A stretch of 64,000 bases of DNA. It comes from the human T2T-CHM13v2.0 reference genome, Homo sapiens. The stretch lies in the NCBI RefSeq assembly GCF_009914755.1, contig NC_060935.1; one strand, 5' to 3'. Below are positions 40,504 through 53,366 of the stretch, in pieces; within the stretch, counting starts at the first letter, position 1; every line of letters begins with the position of its first letter. The notes beneath the pieces were generated by a model. It did no database searches. It was not told the origin of the DNA and saw only the letters and a program-made list of their open reading frames with translations. Made by a program: the position numbers and the translations under genes.

Positions 40504-42419
40504 AGTGACTTCATCTTTGCAGTTTTCATTTTCCTTTTTTGAAAATGCTGACCATGGTACATAAATGCAAGTTGTGAAGATTACATAATACATGCAAAGT
40601 TCTTAGGCTAGTGCCTGGCACATCTGAATGCTTTAAATATGTTATCTATAATTTGTATTCTTGCTGTTAAGAGCTCAATACATATCAGATATGCCAGGTA
40701 CCTTGTTAGGTGCTATGGAGAGGATGGTGAACCAGACGCTACCCATCTCTGCCCAAAGGGAACTTACAATCTCATGGACAATAAAAGTTAACTAAAATGC
40801 CACATGATAAATGCTACAAAAGAGAGAAATGTGTGGTGCTGTGGGAGTACATAATAGAACTTAACCTGGTATGAGGGCCTCAGATATTATTTAATAGGAA
40901 GCTGACATTTAAGGAATGATAGGTGTTGGCCAAAGTGTGTGTGTGTGTGTATGTGTGTGCATATGTGTGCTTACAAGTGTGTGTGTGCGTGCATGTGCAC
41001 ACACATACACATATGTAAGCAAAGGCAGTATTACAGGTGGAGAAAATTTTGTATCAAAAGACCCACAGATATGAGAAACAAAAATAGAGGGAGAGTAAAA
41101 AGGAAATAGGGAAGAAAAGAGGGAGAATAACTGTCTCTAATTGCCTTCAAGGAACACAAAAAAAGTGGTCTTTGATTCTATATTCATCAATCACTATGTT
41201 AGCTCCCAAGTTTTTTGCTTTTTGTTTTGTTTTGTTTGTTTTTTGGTACAAGGGAACCAGACAGATGTCTCGTGAGCAAACGCTGCCCTTTAGTCACTCA
41301 AAGAAATATTTGTGCATTTTAGATGAACACATTGATAGGTAGTCTGATTTCATTTGAATTTGTGTATTATGAGTTAGGTTATGATCAGGCAATTCCCTTG
41401 AGTTATGTCAACTCCAGGCCATTAACAAGGTGGAGTTTATGGAGCCATAAGGCTAAGAATGCCAACCCATGGCTGGGTTATTACAGGGTGATGCCTCCCA
41501 TGAGTCTTCTTGGTGAGCTCTTACTTCTGGGGCACTCCTCTCTTGACAACGAGCCTGATTCTACACCAGCAAAAACATCCATCCCTTCCCTTATTCTAGA
41601 TTCTGGATTCCTCTCTTGTAATGCCAGTAAATGTATAACCTTGGCTATTTAAGCAGCCAAGACCATTGCTGACTGCCTGAGTAATCTTCTTTACTCAAGT
41701 CCTGGGCCCTGGAGAAGTTATAAATCAGATGGCTGTGGTGGAGGTGAATTAAATATTAGTTGGTGCAGCTCTTTGAACAGTTAGAAGGGAAAGTGCTCAC
41801 TAAATGCATGTTATTATTATTGCTTCTGGCTATAGATACTGGGTCATTGGAGACCCCTTACTTTATAAATATTTCTTTTTTTTTTCTTTTAGTGGTTGTA
41901 ATGAAACTTATCTGCTTGCAGGTATACCCTGGTAGTCTATCTTGGCTTTAATGCTGAGTAACTTCAAGAGACAATGACCACTGGAATTGCCACCACTCAG
42001 ACATCATCAAGAAGACATATGTTTTATTCTTAATTGAGTGGTATGGATTATTTTTCTTTTCAGTATTACTGGAAAGGGGTACGAGTGGATTTTCCAGAAT
42101 GGTGTAATAAAAATGAAATTTGATTGATTAATTCAATAGCTACGGCTAAGAAGCATCTTGTGCAGCAGTGGAGAGGAAATGCACAGTGCCCTACAGACAG
42201 AAGCTGCATAACTCACATTTGTTTGAGAGAGAGGCTCCTGAGCTAGATTCTGGCTTCTTGGAGAATAGCTCACTCTTGGAAGTATAAGCCAAGTCAAATG
42301 GGTTATTTTCCTCATGAGCTTCATCTAGTCAGTTATAACTTTGAGACATTAGAGTATAGAAGGCAAATCATATGATAAAGCTGTTTAACAAGTCACCATT
42401 TATTTTTGCCATGGTTCTT

Positions 42420-42714
42420 TTTTTTTTTCTTTTGAGATGGAGTCTTGCTCTGTCGCCCAGGCTGGAGTGCAGTGGCGCAATCTCAGCTCACTGCAAGCCC
42501 CGCCTCCTGGGTCACACCATTCTCCTGCCTCAACCTCCCGAGTAGCTGGGACCACAGGCGCCCGCCACCATGCCCGGCTAATTTTTTTGTATTTTTAGTA
42601 CAGACGGGGTTTCACCGCGTTAGCCAAGATGGTCTTGATCTCCTGACCTCGTGATCCACCCGCCTCGGCCTCCCAAAGTGCTGGGATTACAGGCGTGAGC
42701 CACCGCATCCAGCC
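42420..42714 (-). mobile_element. AluY SINE
   Basis: ctgcaagccccgcc, accattctcctgcc, gttagccaagatggtcttgatctcctgacctcgtgatcc; TSD gccatggttctt at 42408 and 42721. Confidence 0.95.
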
Positions 42715-44027
42715 AGGCCAGCCATGGTTCTTATGGCAGAAAACACTTAGTACCTGCCTGTGGGTGGGAGTCAGAGGGGTCCTGACCCCACAAAGAGGCC
42801 AGTCGAAGGGGTCAGTAGCTGATTCTACATGGCAGGGAATTTCAATTAGGGGTCATAGCACTCATGACATTGTATGAGAAACTCTGTAGGTGCACATGTT
42901 TCTCGGGAAAGGGCTATACTATTTCTGCAAGATGTCTATGAATTCCAGTAAGTAAAGAAACACTGTAGTGAAAACTAAACTCATGGACAAGTGGCATTGG
43001 AAGGTATGTTATGCTTCTAATACATCTGTGAGTCTAACAACCATTTGGCCAGAGATTTTTTTTTCCCTAGAGATACCCTCTAAAGCTTTGACCAGATTTC
43101 TAAAAAATGTGAAAGTGGCTGATTTAAAAGGAAATCTGCATGATCAAATTGAAGATAGTATGGATCCCTACTTATTCTTCAGGTCTCACTGCAAATATAA
43201 TGTCCTCTTTTCTGATTTCCCACAACACTTTGCATCTATGTAACATGCATATATCTCTTTTAAATGTCTGATATCTGACTAATATTGGAATTTTTTTGAA
43301 GCAGAAACTCAGTGTTTTTCAACATTACACTCCTAGACATTAGAGTCAGGTATACTTTTGATAAAAGGGCTCCTCACATGGTGAGAACTGCATCAGCAAG
43401 GCTCCAAGGAGGTCAATGCAGGGCTCTGTGTTAGTTATGAGGCTTTCAGTTGTGAACAGCAGCTACATGGCTAGTTTAAGTCAAAGAGGAAAATTTTCTA
43501 TTTACCGGTGGTGGAGGGGGAAGAATCAGAGCTGGCTTCAGGAATGACTGGATGCAGAGGAGACTCAACCAGCATCAAGACGTTCTTATCATCTGTCTTC
43601 TCTGCTTCTCTTTCCATATTAGCTCAATGTGTTCTCACAGAAGATCGATTTTTCTCCCTGTCATGGTGAGCACAGTGAACCTCCATGTTCAGTGTTTCAC
43701 ATTCATTACTTCCTCTAAATTGGAAGCAACTTTTTGGAATAAGCAGACTAAATCTGCTTCTTTCGTATTACAAATGATGAAACAAAATCAAGGGTGCCAA
43801 CTAATTTGAATAATATCACACATCTAGAAAGCAGTGGAGCTATAAATAAAACCTTTCAAAATGTGTACATAAGTGTGGAAAAGTCTGAACTTTGGTATTA
43901 TTTACACCATTATTTAAATACACAGGTAACCTCACCTTTCTGAGTTTTGGTCTTTTTAGCTGATAAATAAAGAGGGGAGAATGACATCAACCCCTCAGGA
44001 TTGACCAGAGTTGATTTGTATATATAT

Positions 44028-44030
<3 letters not shown>

Positions 44031-44064
<34 letters not shown>
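44031..44064. repeat. (AC)17 microsatellite
   Basis: Uninterrupted AC run inside a MIR relic. Confidence 0.95.
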
Positions 44065-44069
<5 letters not shown>

Positions 44070-44404
44070 CATACATACATATATAGAGACTATATATATA
44101 ATTATGTGCAGACTATATTTTCTGCGTGTCTGTGCACGTGCACATGTGTAAAATTATGTCTTTAAAAATTCCTGGCACATAGTAGGTTGTCAATAAATAT
44201 CGACAAAGTCAAGTATCTGACTCATCTACCAAGTGTATAAAACATGACTATAAAATGAACTTCATGGAAAACCCTCCCTACAGCTTAATTTTTATTTGCC
44301 AACATTTATTTTCTCTTCTCCGTCACATTTTCATCTGCTTATTTTATTGTGTTGTATTTGGCATGCTATTCCAAATACAAACATACATTCTTAGAAATAT
44401 TTTT

Positions 44405-45170
44405 TTTATTCATTCAAAACTAATTGTTGAGTTCCCTACTTTATGCCACTATTCTGATCCCTGGAGGATACAACTGTAAATGAGATAGATCAAGTCTCTG
44501 CCCTCATGTAGTTTACATTCTCTAAGAGAGAGAAGCTACAAACTAGCAACTACATAAATTTATAATAAATTCCCAAAGTGAAAAGACATACACTGTGAAG
44601 AAAACAGAAAGCAGCAAAGGCATAGAGAATGCAGAGAAGATAGAATTTTGGATAAGACCTCAGAGTAATCTTCTCTAAGAAGCTTCTGTTTGAAAAAAAT
44701 CTTGAAGACTAGAACAGTCCGGACTATGGGACAATATGATGCACAAACATGTCTGGAAGAGGACATAGCTAGTGTAAAAGGCCTGGAGTTGGAACTAGTT
44801 TGGCTTTCTTTAAGAGCTACAAGAAAAGTAGAGTAAATAAGAGAAGGTGGTAGGAGATGAAGTTAGAAAGGTGGCCAGGAGTGAGATCATGAGGGAGCCT
44901 TCAGGTCATGGTACAAGTATGTGAAAGCTTCTCCGTGACCTGGGCAGCCATGGGAGAACATGTGAGCCAGCATCTTGAACTGATTTTCTGGGTGAGGGAT
45001 GCACTGCAGCAGCCAGTGGTGGAAAAAGGGACATCGATTTTGAAAAGATGATGATAGTTTGGAGAAGGAATTCTGGAAGAAGTAAGAAGTGACCAGATTT
45101 GGAAAATACTTTGAAGATATTATCGACAGGATTTGATGATGGAAAAGAAGAGACTGTAGGGGTTTTTAAG
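44405..45170 (-). mobile_element. L2 LINE 3' fragment
   Basis: ttattcattcaaaac...ctctgccctcatgtagtttacattc...gtgtaaaaggcctggag...ggagatgaagttagaaagg. Confidence 0.75.
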
Positions 45171-45178
45171 CTTTAAAG

Positions 45179-45378
45179 CAAGCTTGTCCAACCTGTGGCC
45201 CAGGATGGCTTTGAATATGCCTCTACATAAATTCATAAACTTTTTAAAAACATTATGAGATTTTTTATGAATTTTTTTTAGCCTATCAGCTATTGTTAGT
45301 GTTAGTGTATTTAATGTGTGGCCCAAAATAATTCTTCTTTCAATGTGGCCCAGGGAAGCCAATACATTGGACACCCAG
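45179..45378. mobile_element. MER30 hAT-Charlie MITE
   Basis: gtccaacctgtggcccaggatggctttgaa...gtggcccagggaagccaatacattggacaccc; perfect 8-bp TSD ctttaaag at 45171 and 45379. Confidence 0.92.
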
Positions 45379-46859
45379 CTTTAAAGGAAGAGATGGACAT
45401 TTAAAAATCTGTTCTAATAATAGCCAGTATTTCCTGAGCAGTCTATCGGGTCCTGTCCTAAGTGCTTTACACTCATTATGTAATTTTACACAGATATCTC
45501 ACCTATTAAGTTTCTATATTGTTTGTTTTGTTTTTTAACTGACTCTCTGCTTCTGTAGATATCATTGGCTTTGTTCCCCATTTCCTATGCTGGGTGCAGC
45601 ACTTAAAACTAATGGCAAATCAAACTTAAAAACTTCAATCCCTTGCATTTTCCAGGGGAGGACTTCCTTACACTCACCTACTGGCTCTTTTCTCTTGTAT
45701 CCTCCAGATAATCACTCTGCTCTTTCAAGCCTTGGCCTGCCTAATTGTGCCACCCCAGATCCCCAGGACAGGGGATCAGCACCTCTATTCCTGTTCTTCA
45801 GCATCATGTATTTAATTATTTTGTGTTTATTTGTTCTGCATGAAGGACCGGGCAAAACAATTTGTACTCCCAGAAAAACTTAAAAGTACGGAAGTTTTCT
45901 AATCAGGTCTCACATGGATGCTATGAAAACAACAGAAGCTTCAGTAAGTCCAGCTCTCGGAGAAAGAATCAGATGAACTCACTGAATGATTTTCTAGGCC
46001 TGGCATTCACACAGTTAAGTGCCTTCCTTGTTTATTGATAAAAGCGAGGATAAGTCTCAGAACCCACATTTGCTTTCACCATAACATGATGTCATGGTTA
46101 GTTTACAGGATGGCAGGCACTGAACATCCAGTGTAACAAAAACAGCCATCCTCAAAATCGATTAGATCAATCTTTACCTGGGCATAATACAGTTCCTACT
46201 CCTTTAAGTCAAAGCTTTATTGTTTGGTATTTTGGTAATTTTAATTATGAATAATAAAATTAATAGGTAAAACCCTCAACTAGGCTTCAGGCAATGCTTC
46301 ACAATGAGTAAGAGCAGATATAAACTGGAGGAAGAATGAAAGTCACTGATAGTTCCTGGGACTTGCTCTTGTCTTTCCTTCTATAGCCTGCTGGCATTGA
46401 AGAAATTTATTGATTTGATGACATAACCTGGAGTGGAAAGACTGGCAGCCACATCCATTAGGCTTCTGGACACCATCATGTACTATGCACCAACTCACAT
46501 GTGGGATATAATACTTGGGAGTCAAGAGTAGGCAAAGTTCTGAGGCCAGCAAGGAAGAGAAATATACGTAACCTGTTTCATAGCTGTGCTTATTTTAAAA
46601 TGACACTCCATTAGCCAGGCTGAGCTTGGTTTTGTTCTTGACACTATAACATGTAAATTATTTCACCAGCTGAGACCTCAGTTTCACCATTTCTAGCATC
46701 AGTAGACTATACCAAATAATCTCTCAAGTTCTTTTAGACATGATTTTCTCAGAATCTAGTTGTTCTTTAAGACATCATTTCAAAGACACCAAAGTGAAAG
46801 ATAAACTGATGAATATTTGTGCCCAAATCAAATCTCTTACAATGAAGTCCCATGTTAGA

Positions 46860-48100
46860 AAAAAAAAAAAACGTCAATTAGAGGAGCAAATAAAAACTGT
46901 TATAAATTCAGTGATGCAAAGACATATGCATTCACAGCTGGGCAGGTTAAAAACACCTCCTCCTTTAACTTCTAATCTTCCCAATCTGATAACAGAGAAT
47001 CTAGTTTTGAAAGTTACAGAAGAAATAGAAAATGAGAACAAACCAATAACTGAGGAAGAATTGCAGAAAGCTCTTAAAGAACTGTTTGCCTGAAAGATCA
47101 TGGATCTTGAGAGATTTAACAGTGATTAAACTCAAGCATTCAAGAAATACATACATATATTTATTATAATATGTTCTGGAGAGTAGAAGATGGGAAAACT
47201 ATCCAATTTGTTTCACAAGACAGATTTGATTCAGATCCCCAAAGGTGATAAAATATTACGCAAAAAAGAAAACAAATAACCTAAACTATAAATTTACAGA
47301 TTCAAAACCTTCAACTAACTACTTCAGATTAGAGCTTAACAAGCTAATATTACTGATTCAATAATCCAACAGGAACATACCCAGTTTCAATATAAGGAAA
47401 TTGAATAATGCAATAGAAGTTTATCAGCAGGCTAGTAATAAAAAAGTAGATGATTATTTCAATACTCCCTAACTGCGTTTGATAAAACTTAATAATTTTC
47501 ATTTTTCAAGTTGGAATAAAATAATTCTTTCTTAATTTGATGAATATTCCTATTCTAAACCTCCAACCAAATAACTTTTTATTAGGGGACATGAGATGCA
47601 GATCTGTAAATTAGGGATAAAACAAGTTTGCCTACTCTGCCAACCCTTGTTTAATATTATTTAAGTAGGTCTAGCTGGTGCAATAAGGCAGATGAAGAAA
47701 TAAAATTGATACATATTAAAAATTTAAAAATCATAGATCCATAAGACTTGTCTATAATTCTGAAATCCAAAATATTCTGAAAGCTGAATGTTTTGCATCA
47801 CTCATTTGGTGCAAAAACAGATCTGAATGTGAATGTTTATCCTGCTGCAGATATTTTAATATGCTTGATTATGGGCTTTTCCCCAGACCCTGCTGAAGTT
47901 GTTATGTAACATACGCAACTATGCACTATATTACTATTCAAATTCCGAATTACAAGAAATATCAAGTCCCAAGGGTTTTAGATATAAAATGTTGTGACTC
48001 TCTGTCATGTGCATATGCCATGATTAGTCACAGAGAGCATTTCATAAATCAGATAACGTTTGCTACAATTAGTAAAAATAGTTACTATAACTGGCTGTAG
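46860..48100 (+). mobile_element. Ancient L1M ORF2 relic, probably interrupted by a Tigger/MER46-like element at about 47735-47990
   Basis: EEIENENKPITEEELQKALKEL resembles L1 ORF2 EEVESLNRPITGSEI..IINSL; further RT-region-like motifs downstream. Confidence 0.7.
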
Positions 48101-48114
48101 TAAACAAAGCAAAT

Positions 48115-48838
48115 CAAAACCACAATGAGATACCATCTCACACCAGTTAGAATGGCGATCATTAAAAAGTCAGGAAACAACAGGTGCTGGAGAGGATGTG
48201 GAGAAATAGGAACACTTTTACACTGTTGGTGGGACTGTAAACTAGTTCAACCATTGTGGAAGTCAGTGTGGTGATTCCTCAAGGATCTAGAACTAGAAAT
48301 ACCATTTGACCCAGCCATCCCATTATTGGGTATATACCCAAAGGATTATAAATCATGCTGCTATAAAGACACATGCACACATATGTTTATTGCGGCACTA
48401 TTCACAATAGCAAAGACTTGGAACCAACCCAAATGTCCATCAATAATAGACTGGATTAAGAAAATGTGGCACATATACACCATGGAATACTATGCAGCCA
48501 TAAAAAATGATGAGTTCATGTCCTTTGTAGGGACAGGGACAAAGCTGGAAACCATTATTCTCAGCAAGCTATTGCAAGGACTGAAAACCAGACACTGCAT
48601 GTTCTCACAAATAGGTGGGAATTGAACAATGAGAACCCATGGACACAGGAAGGGGAACACCACACACCGGGGCCTGTTGTGGGATGGGGGGAGGGGGGAG
48701 GAATAGCATTAGGAGATATACCTAATGTAAATGATGAGTTAATGGGTGCAGCACACCAACATGGCACATGTGTACATATGTAACAAACCTGCACGTTGTG
48801 CACGTGTACCCTAGAACTTAAAGTATAATTAAAAAAAA
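48115..48838 (+). mobile_element. L1PA (about PA4/5-like) 5'-truncated copy
   Basis: ORF 48326-48625 is the L1 ORF2 C-terminus (GIYPKDYKSCCYKDTCT...WIKKMWHIYTMEYYAA); TSD acaaagcaaat at 48104 and 48841. Confidence 0.96.
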
Positions 48839-48856
48839 CCACAAAGCAAATGTTAA

Positions 48857-49289
<433 letters not shown>

Positions 49290-49526
49290 ACAAACATTAT
49301 TTTAAAGAATAAGAGATGAACGTGCAAGTAAGAAAATCTTTATTAAATTTTCCAATTTCCTATTTTAATGTCTACATTTTATAATTTCAATTAATATTCT
49401 GAGAATTTAAATTTTGTTTTGCTTTGTCTTACTTTCAAAATCCAAAAGGAGTTTAATGCAAAATACATTTGGAAAAGCAAAATAAGCAGAAATAACAAAG
49501 AACTAAATTTTTAAAATTTAATTCAA

Positions 49527-49756
49527 TTAATTTTAAGTTTGGGATACATGTGTAGGACGTACAGGTTTGTTACACAGGCAGTCGTGTGCCATGGTAGTTT
49601 GCTGCACCTATCAACCCGTCACTTAGGTATTAAGCCCCACAAGCATTAGCTATTTATCCTGATGCTCTCCCTCCCCACCCGCCACCCCCAACAGGCCCTG
49701 GTGTGGGTCGTTCCCCTCCCCTCCCACGTGTTCTAATTGTTCAGCTCCCACTTATA
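49527..49756 (-). mobile_element. L1PA 3' UTR fragment (older PA)
   Basis: caggtttgttacacagg...gtgccatggtagtttgctgcacctatcaaccc...gcattagctatttatcctgatgctctccc. Confidence 0.9.
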
Positions 49757-51164
49757 CATTCTTTAAAAGACAAGCAACTGAAAGAGAAACCAGGTTCATG
49801 CTGAGTTCTTCTACCTACTCTTACAGTGACTTTTGGAAAGTTACTTCCCCCTTCTAAGTATCAACTTCGTTACACAGAAAATAATAACAGTAAGTGAGGC
49901 TGAAAAGCCTTTGATATACTTATTGGCTACATTGTTCCCCCAATGAATTGCTTGTTTAATATCCCTTTTGGCGACTTTGTTTCACCAAAGCATTGCTCTG
50001 TCTTTTGTAAATTGATTGGTTTATTTTAAATGCCTTGCACGTCATATGTGTTAAGTCACTGGCCTTTAGATCCTGTTATACATTTTAGGTCTATTTTGGG
50101 GTAGTCCCTTCTATTGCATTGATATTTGTAGCTTTTCGTTCCCTAACAAGACATTTTTATATGGTAACTTAATAATATATTTCAATGTATGATATAGGTT
50201 TGAGATAATATTATTGACATAAGCATAGTTTTCAGAAAGAGGCAACAGAATAAAATGTAGTATTTTGTCTACTCCTTCCAGAAACTCCATGAAGGAGGTA
50301 TTGTTATTTCCATTTTATGCGTAAGGAATCTGAGGGCACAGAGAATTGCCTAGAGTCTCATAGTTTGTTAATGGTAAGGCCAGGGTTCATGTCTAGGGTC
50401 CATTTCCCTACCTGGGCAGTATAGAAGTGTTTTTCCTTAATTGTCAATATGAATTGCTTAGACAAAATAGACATAGCAACACACTATGTATAGGGCCTTA
50501 CATACAGGAAGCTCTTAATACTTTTGCAACTATTAACTTCAGAATAGAGAGACTTAGATTGCAAATTTGTAAAGGTAGTTATAGAGAATGACCCCAAAGG
50601 AAGGAGGGACTGAAGAAGCCAGCCTTGGGCTCAGAGGGTAGAATTCATGTAGGAGGTGAGGTAGTATCTCTCCTGTTCTCCTTTTCTTAATTCAAGTTCT
50701 CCATCACTGGGCGGAACTCAAGTTTACTTTTTCCTGTCACATTTGTCAATCAGGGTTTCAATAAGTCAGTATTGGCCTTAGCTACTTCAGATGTTTCCCT
50801 AAGTGGGAGTGAGACCTGGAGGACAGACAGGGACCCTATTTCTGCAAAGAACCTGAAGGGTTAAAATGGGCTCAGCAGTAGTACATATGACAAGCACTTC
50901 AGAAAATCACAGAGCATCACTCTACTCTACTCAGCAATAGGTTAATCCACAAGGCTGGGGTCCCTTCTCATCTAGGATGCCTGCAACCTGCATTCAACAG
51001 TCTGCATGCAAATTTACTCTGCTGAGTACACAATCCCTTCTTTCAGATGAAAGTCCTCCCTGGTTTACTCCTCCAACTTTTTGGTTAAAGCCCCCTATGT
51101 TCACAAGTTCTCTCCTAGAGCAGGCTGTAATCGTACCCATACTGTTTCCTCCAACCAATCTTCT

Positions 51165-51640
51165 GTTCAATTTAACTATAATTTACTGAATGACTGGGGT
51201 TGTCCAGCACTGTGCTAGGTCCTAGGAAGACAGAGACAATTAAACAAGGACCCCACTCTCAAGAACCTCACAGATTACGGAGGCAGGGTGGGGAGAAGAT
51301 AGACAGCCCTGGAGTCCATTAATCCTCAGAAATATGGTTAGAGACTTTAGTATACATATAAGCTATGAATGTTTAACTCTCACAGAGAAGTTGGTTTTTA
51401 AAAAATAAATTTGAAAGGTGAATAGGAGCTTGTTAGGTAGGCAAGGCAGCCGAGAGCAAAGACCATTCCAGGCAGAAGAATCAGCACATGCAAAGACATG
51501 GCCAAATGCAGAAAAAAACATAATGCACAGGGAGAGAGTATGTGGAGAAACACGATCATGATGGGTATGGTAGTTATGCTGAGGAATTTGAATTTTAACG
51601 CAAGGGCAGTCAGGAGCCATTGAGGTTTTACACATGGGAT
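51165..51640 (-). mobile_element. L2 LINE fragment
   Basis: atttactgaatgact...cactgtgctaggtcctagg...cattccaggcagaagaatcagcacatgcaaag. Confidence 0.7.
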
Positions 51641-51844
51641 GATTACCCAGGGCCTCCTGCTTCGAGGTCATTTCAAGACTGGTGTCATCCACAATCTTGC
51701 CTCAAAAATGGAATGGAATTTCCTTTGCCACAGGAATCTGCCCACCCCATGCCTGATTCATCTGGATATAACCTTGGACACTGTTCCTTTAACTGTCCAG
51801 ATTCCTTTGCAAGGACATTTCCTCCTGCCAGCTCCATCCCTGGT

Positions 51845-52010
51845 AGGTTCTTACTGCCAAAGTGCAGTCCATGAATCAGCAACATCCATATCACCTGAGA
51901 GCAAGTTAAAAACGCAGAATCTCAGGTCCTACTCAAGAAGTACTAAATAAGAATCTAAATTTTAACAAGATTCCCCAGGAAGCCATGTACATCCCACAGT
52001 GCACTTTCAT
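51845..52010. mobile_element. MER5A-like MITE
   Basis: caaagtgcagtcc...atcacctgagagcaagttaaaaacgcagaatctcagg...ttttaacaagattccccagg. Confidence 0.8.
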
Positions 52011-53010
52011 GCACTGAGGTAGGTTTCATTACTGAGCCTGTTTGCATTGTAACAAAACTGCTATCTCTCTTGCACCGTCTTTATGGAGGAGAGAACAGGG
52101 TTGCGGAAGGAAGCTGACATCCTTGAGGGTCATGCCCTAGGTCGATACCTGAAACTGGGCTAACCACATGCCATGTTGTTTCATTTTATCTTAAAACAAC
52201 TTTGCAAGGTGAGTAGCCAAATGCTTATCTGACAGAGAAACTGAAGCGCAGAGAGCTGTCACACAGCTAGGAGTATCTAACCTCATTATGTGTCCTCTTC
52301 TCCAGAGCTCTTCATGAATCCCCAAAATAATAAACCCACCATCTCTACCTATCCAAAAAACAAGGCCCCAACCCAGAAGGGAAAGAGACTTGCCAATTTG
52401 CCCATCACCTACCAGCCTTGAATGACTACCTTCCCACCTCAGCCGGTTCATCATTCAGCTTCTCAGCCAGCTCATCATTCAGCTCAAACGCAAATATTCC
52501 CATATAGAGTTAGGGTACTCCCAGTGTCCTTCTTCACCTCCCAGCTTGCCTTTTCCTCCTGTGCACATACTGCAGTTAGATTTCACATTACCGTCTCACA
52601 CCTGAGTTCCAGATTCTCTGTCAGCACAGTCCTATCTCAGGGAGAGAAATCAAACAGCTGAAAGGCAGCCTGCTCTCAGAGAGGGGAAGAGAGGGGAGGT
52701 CGATTCGACATAACTGCCTAACAAAGTATATTTATGAACATCATTGGAACAAATGTCTCCGGTAACTGCAGCCATCACCTCCTAATGTCACATCATGGAG
52801 ACACTGGAAAACAAATAGGGCTTATAACCTGATTTCCTATCATCTGGTAACAGCATCAGTACCTCCAGCCTTCTCAGCTATGCAGCATATGACTCACATT
52901 TCCCTTCTAACTTCCAAGACACTTTGGGACAAAAAGCAAAAGAAAAGAAATAAAACAATATTTTAAAATGTCAATTTCATCAGTAGCTTGTTTCTTAAAG
53001 AATCCAGGCC

Positions 53011-53366
<356 letters not shown>

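Noticed and set aside
45678-45920. Possible minus-strand exon (ttgttttcatag acceptor, TAG|gtgagt donor)
   Set aside because: Only the splice-like motifs support it; no consistent set of minus-strand exons and chance pairing is likely
48326-48625. ORF with real protein similarity
   Set aside because: C-terminus of L1 ORF2p in a 5'-truncated copy, not a host gene
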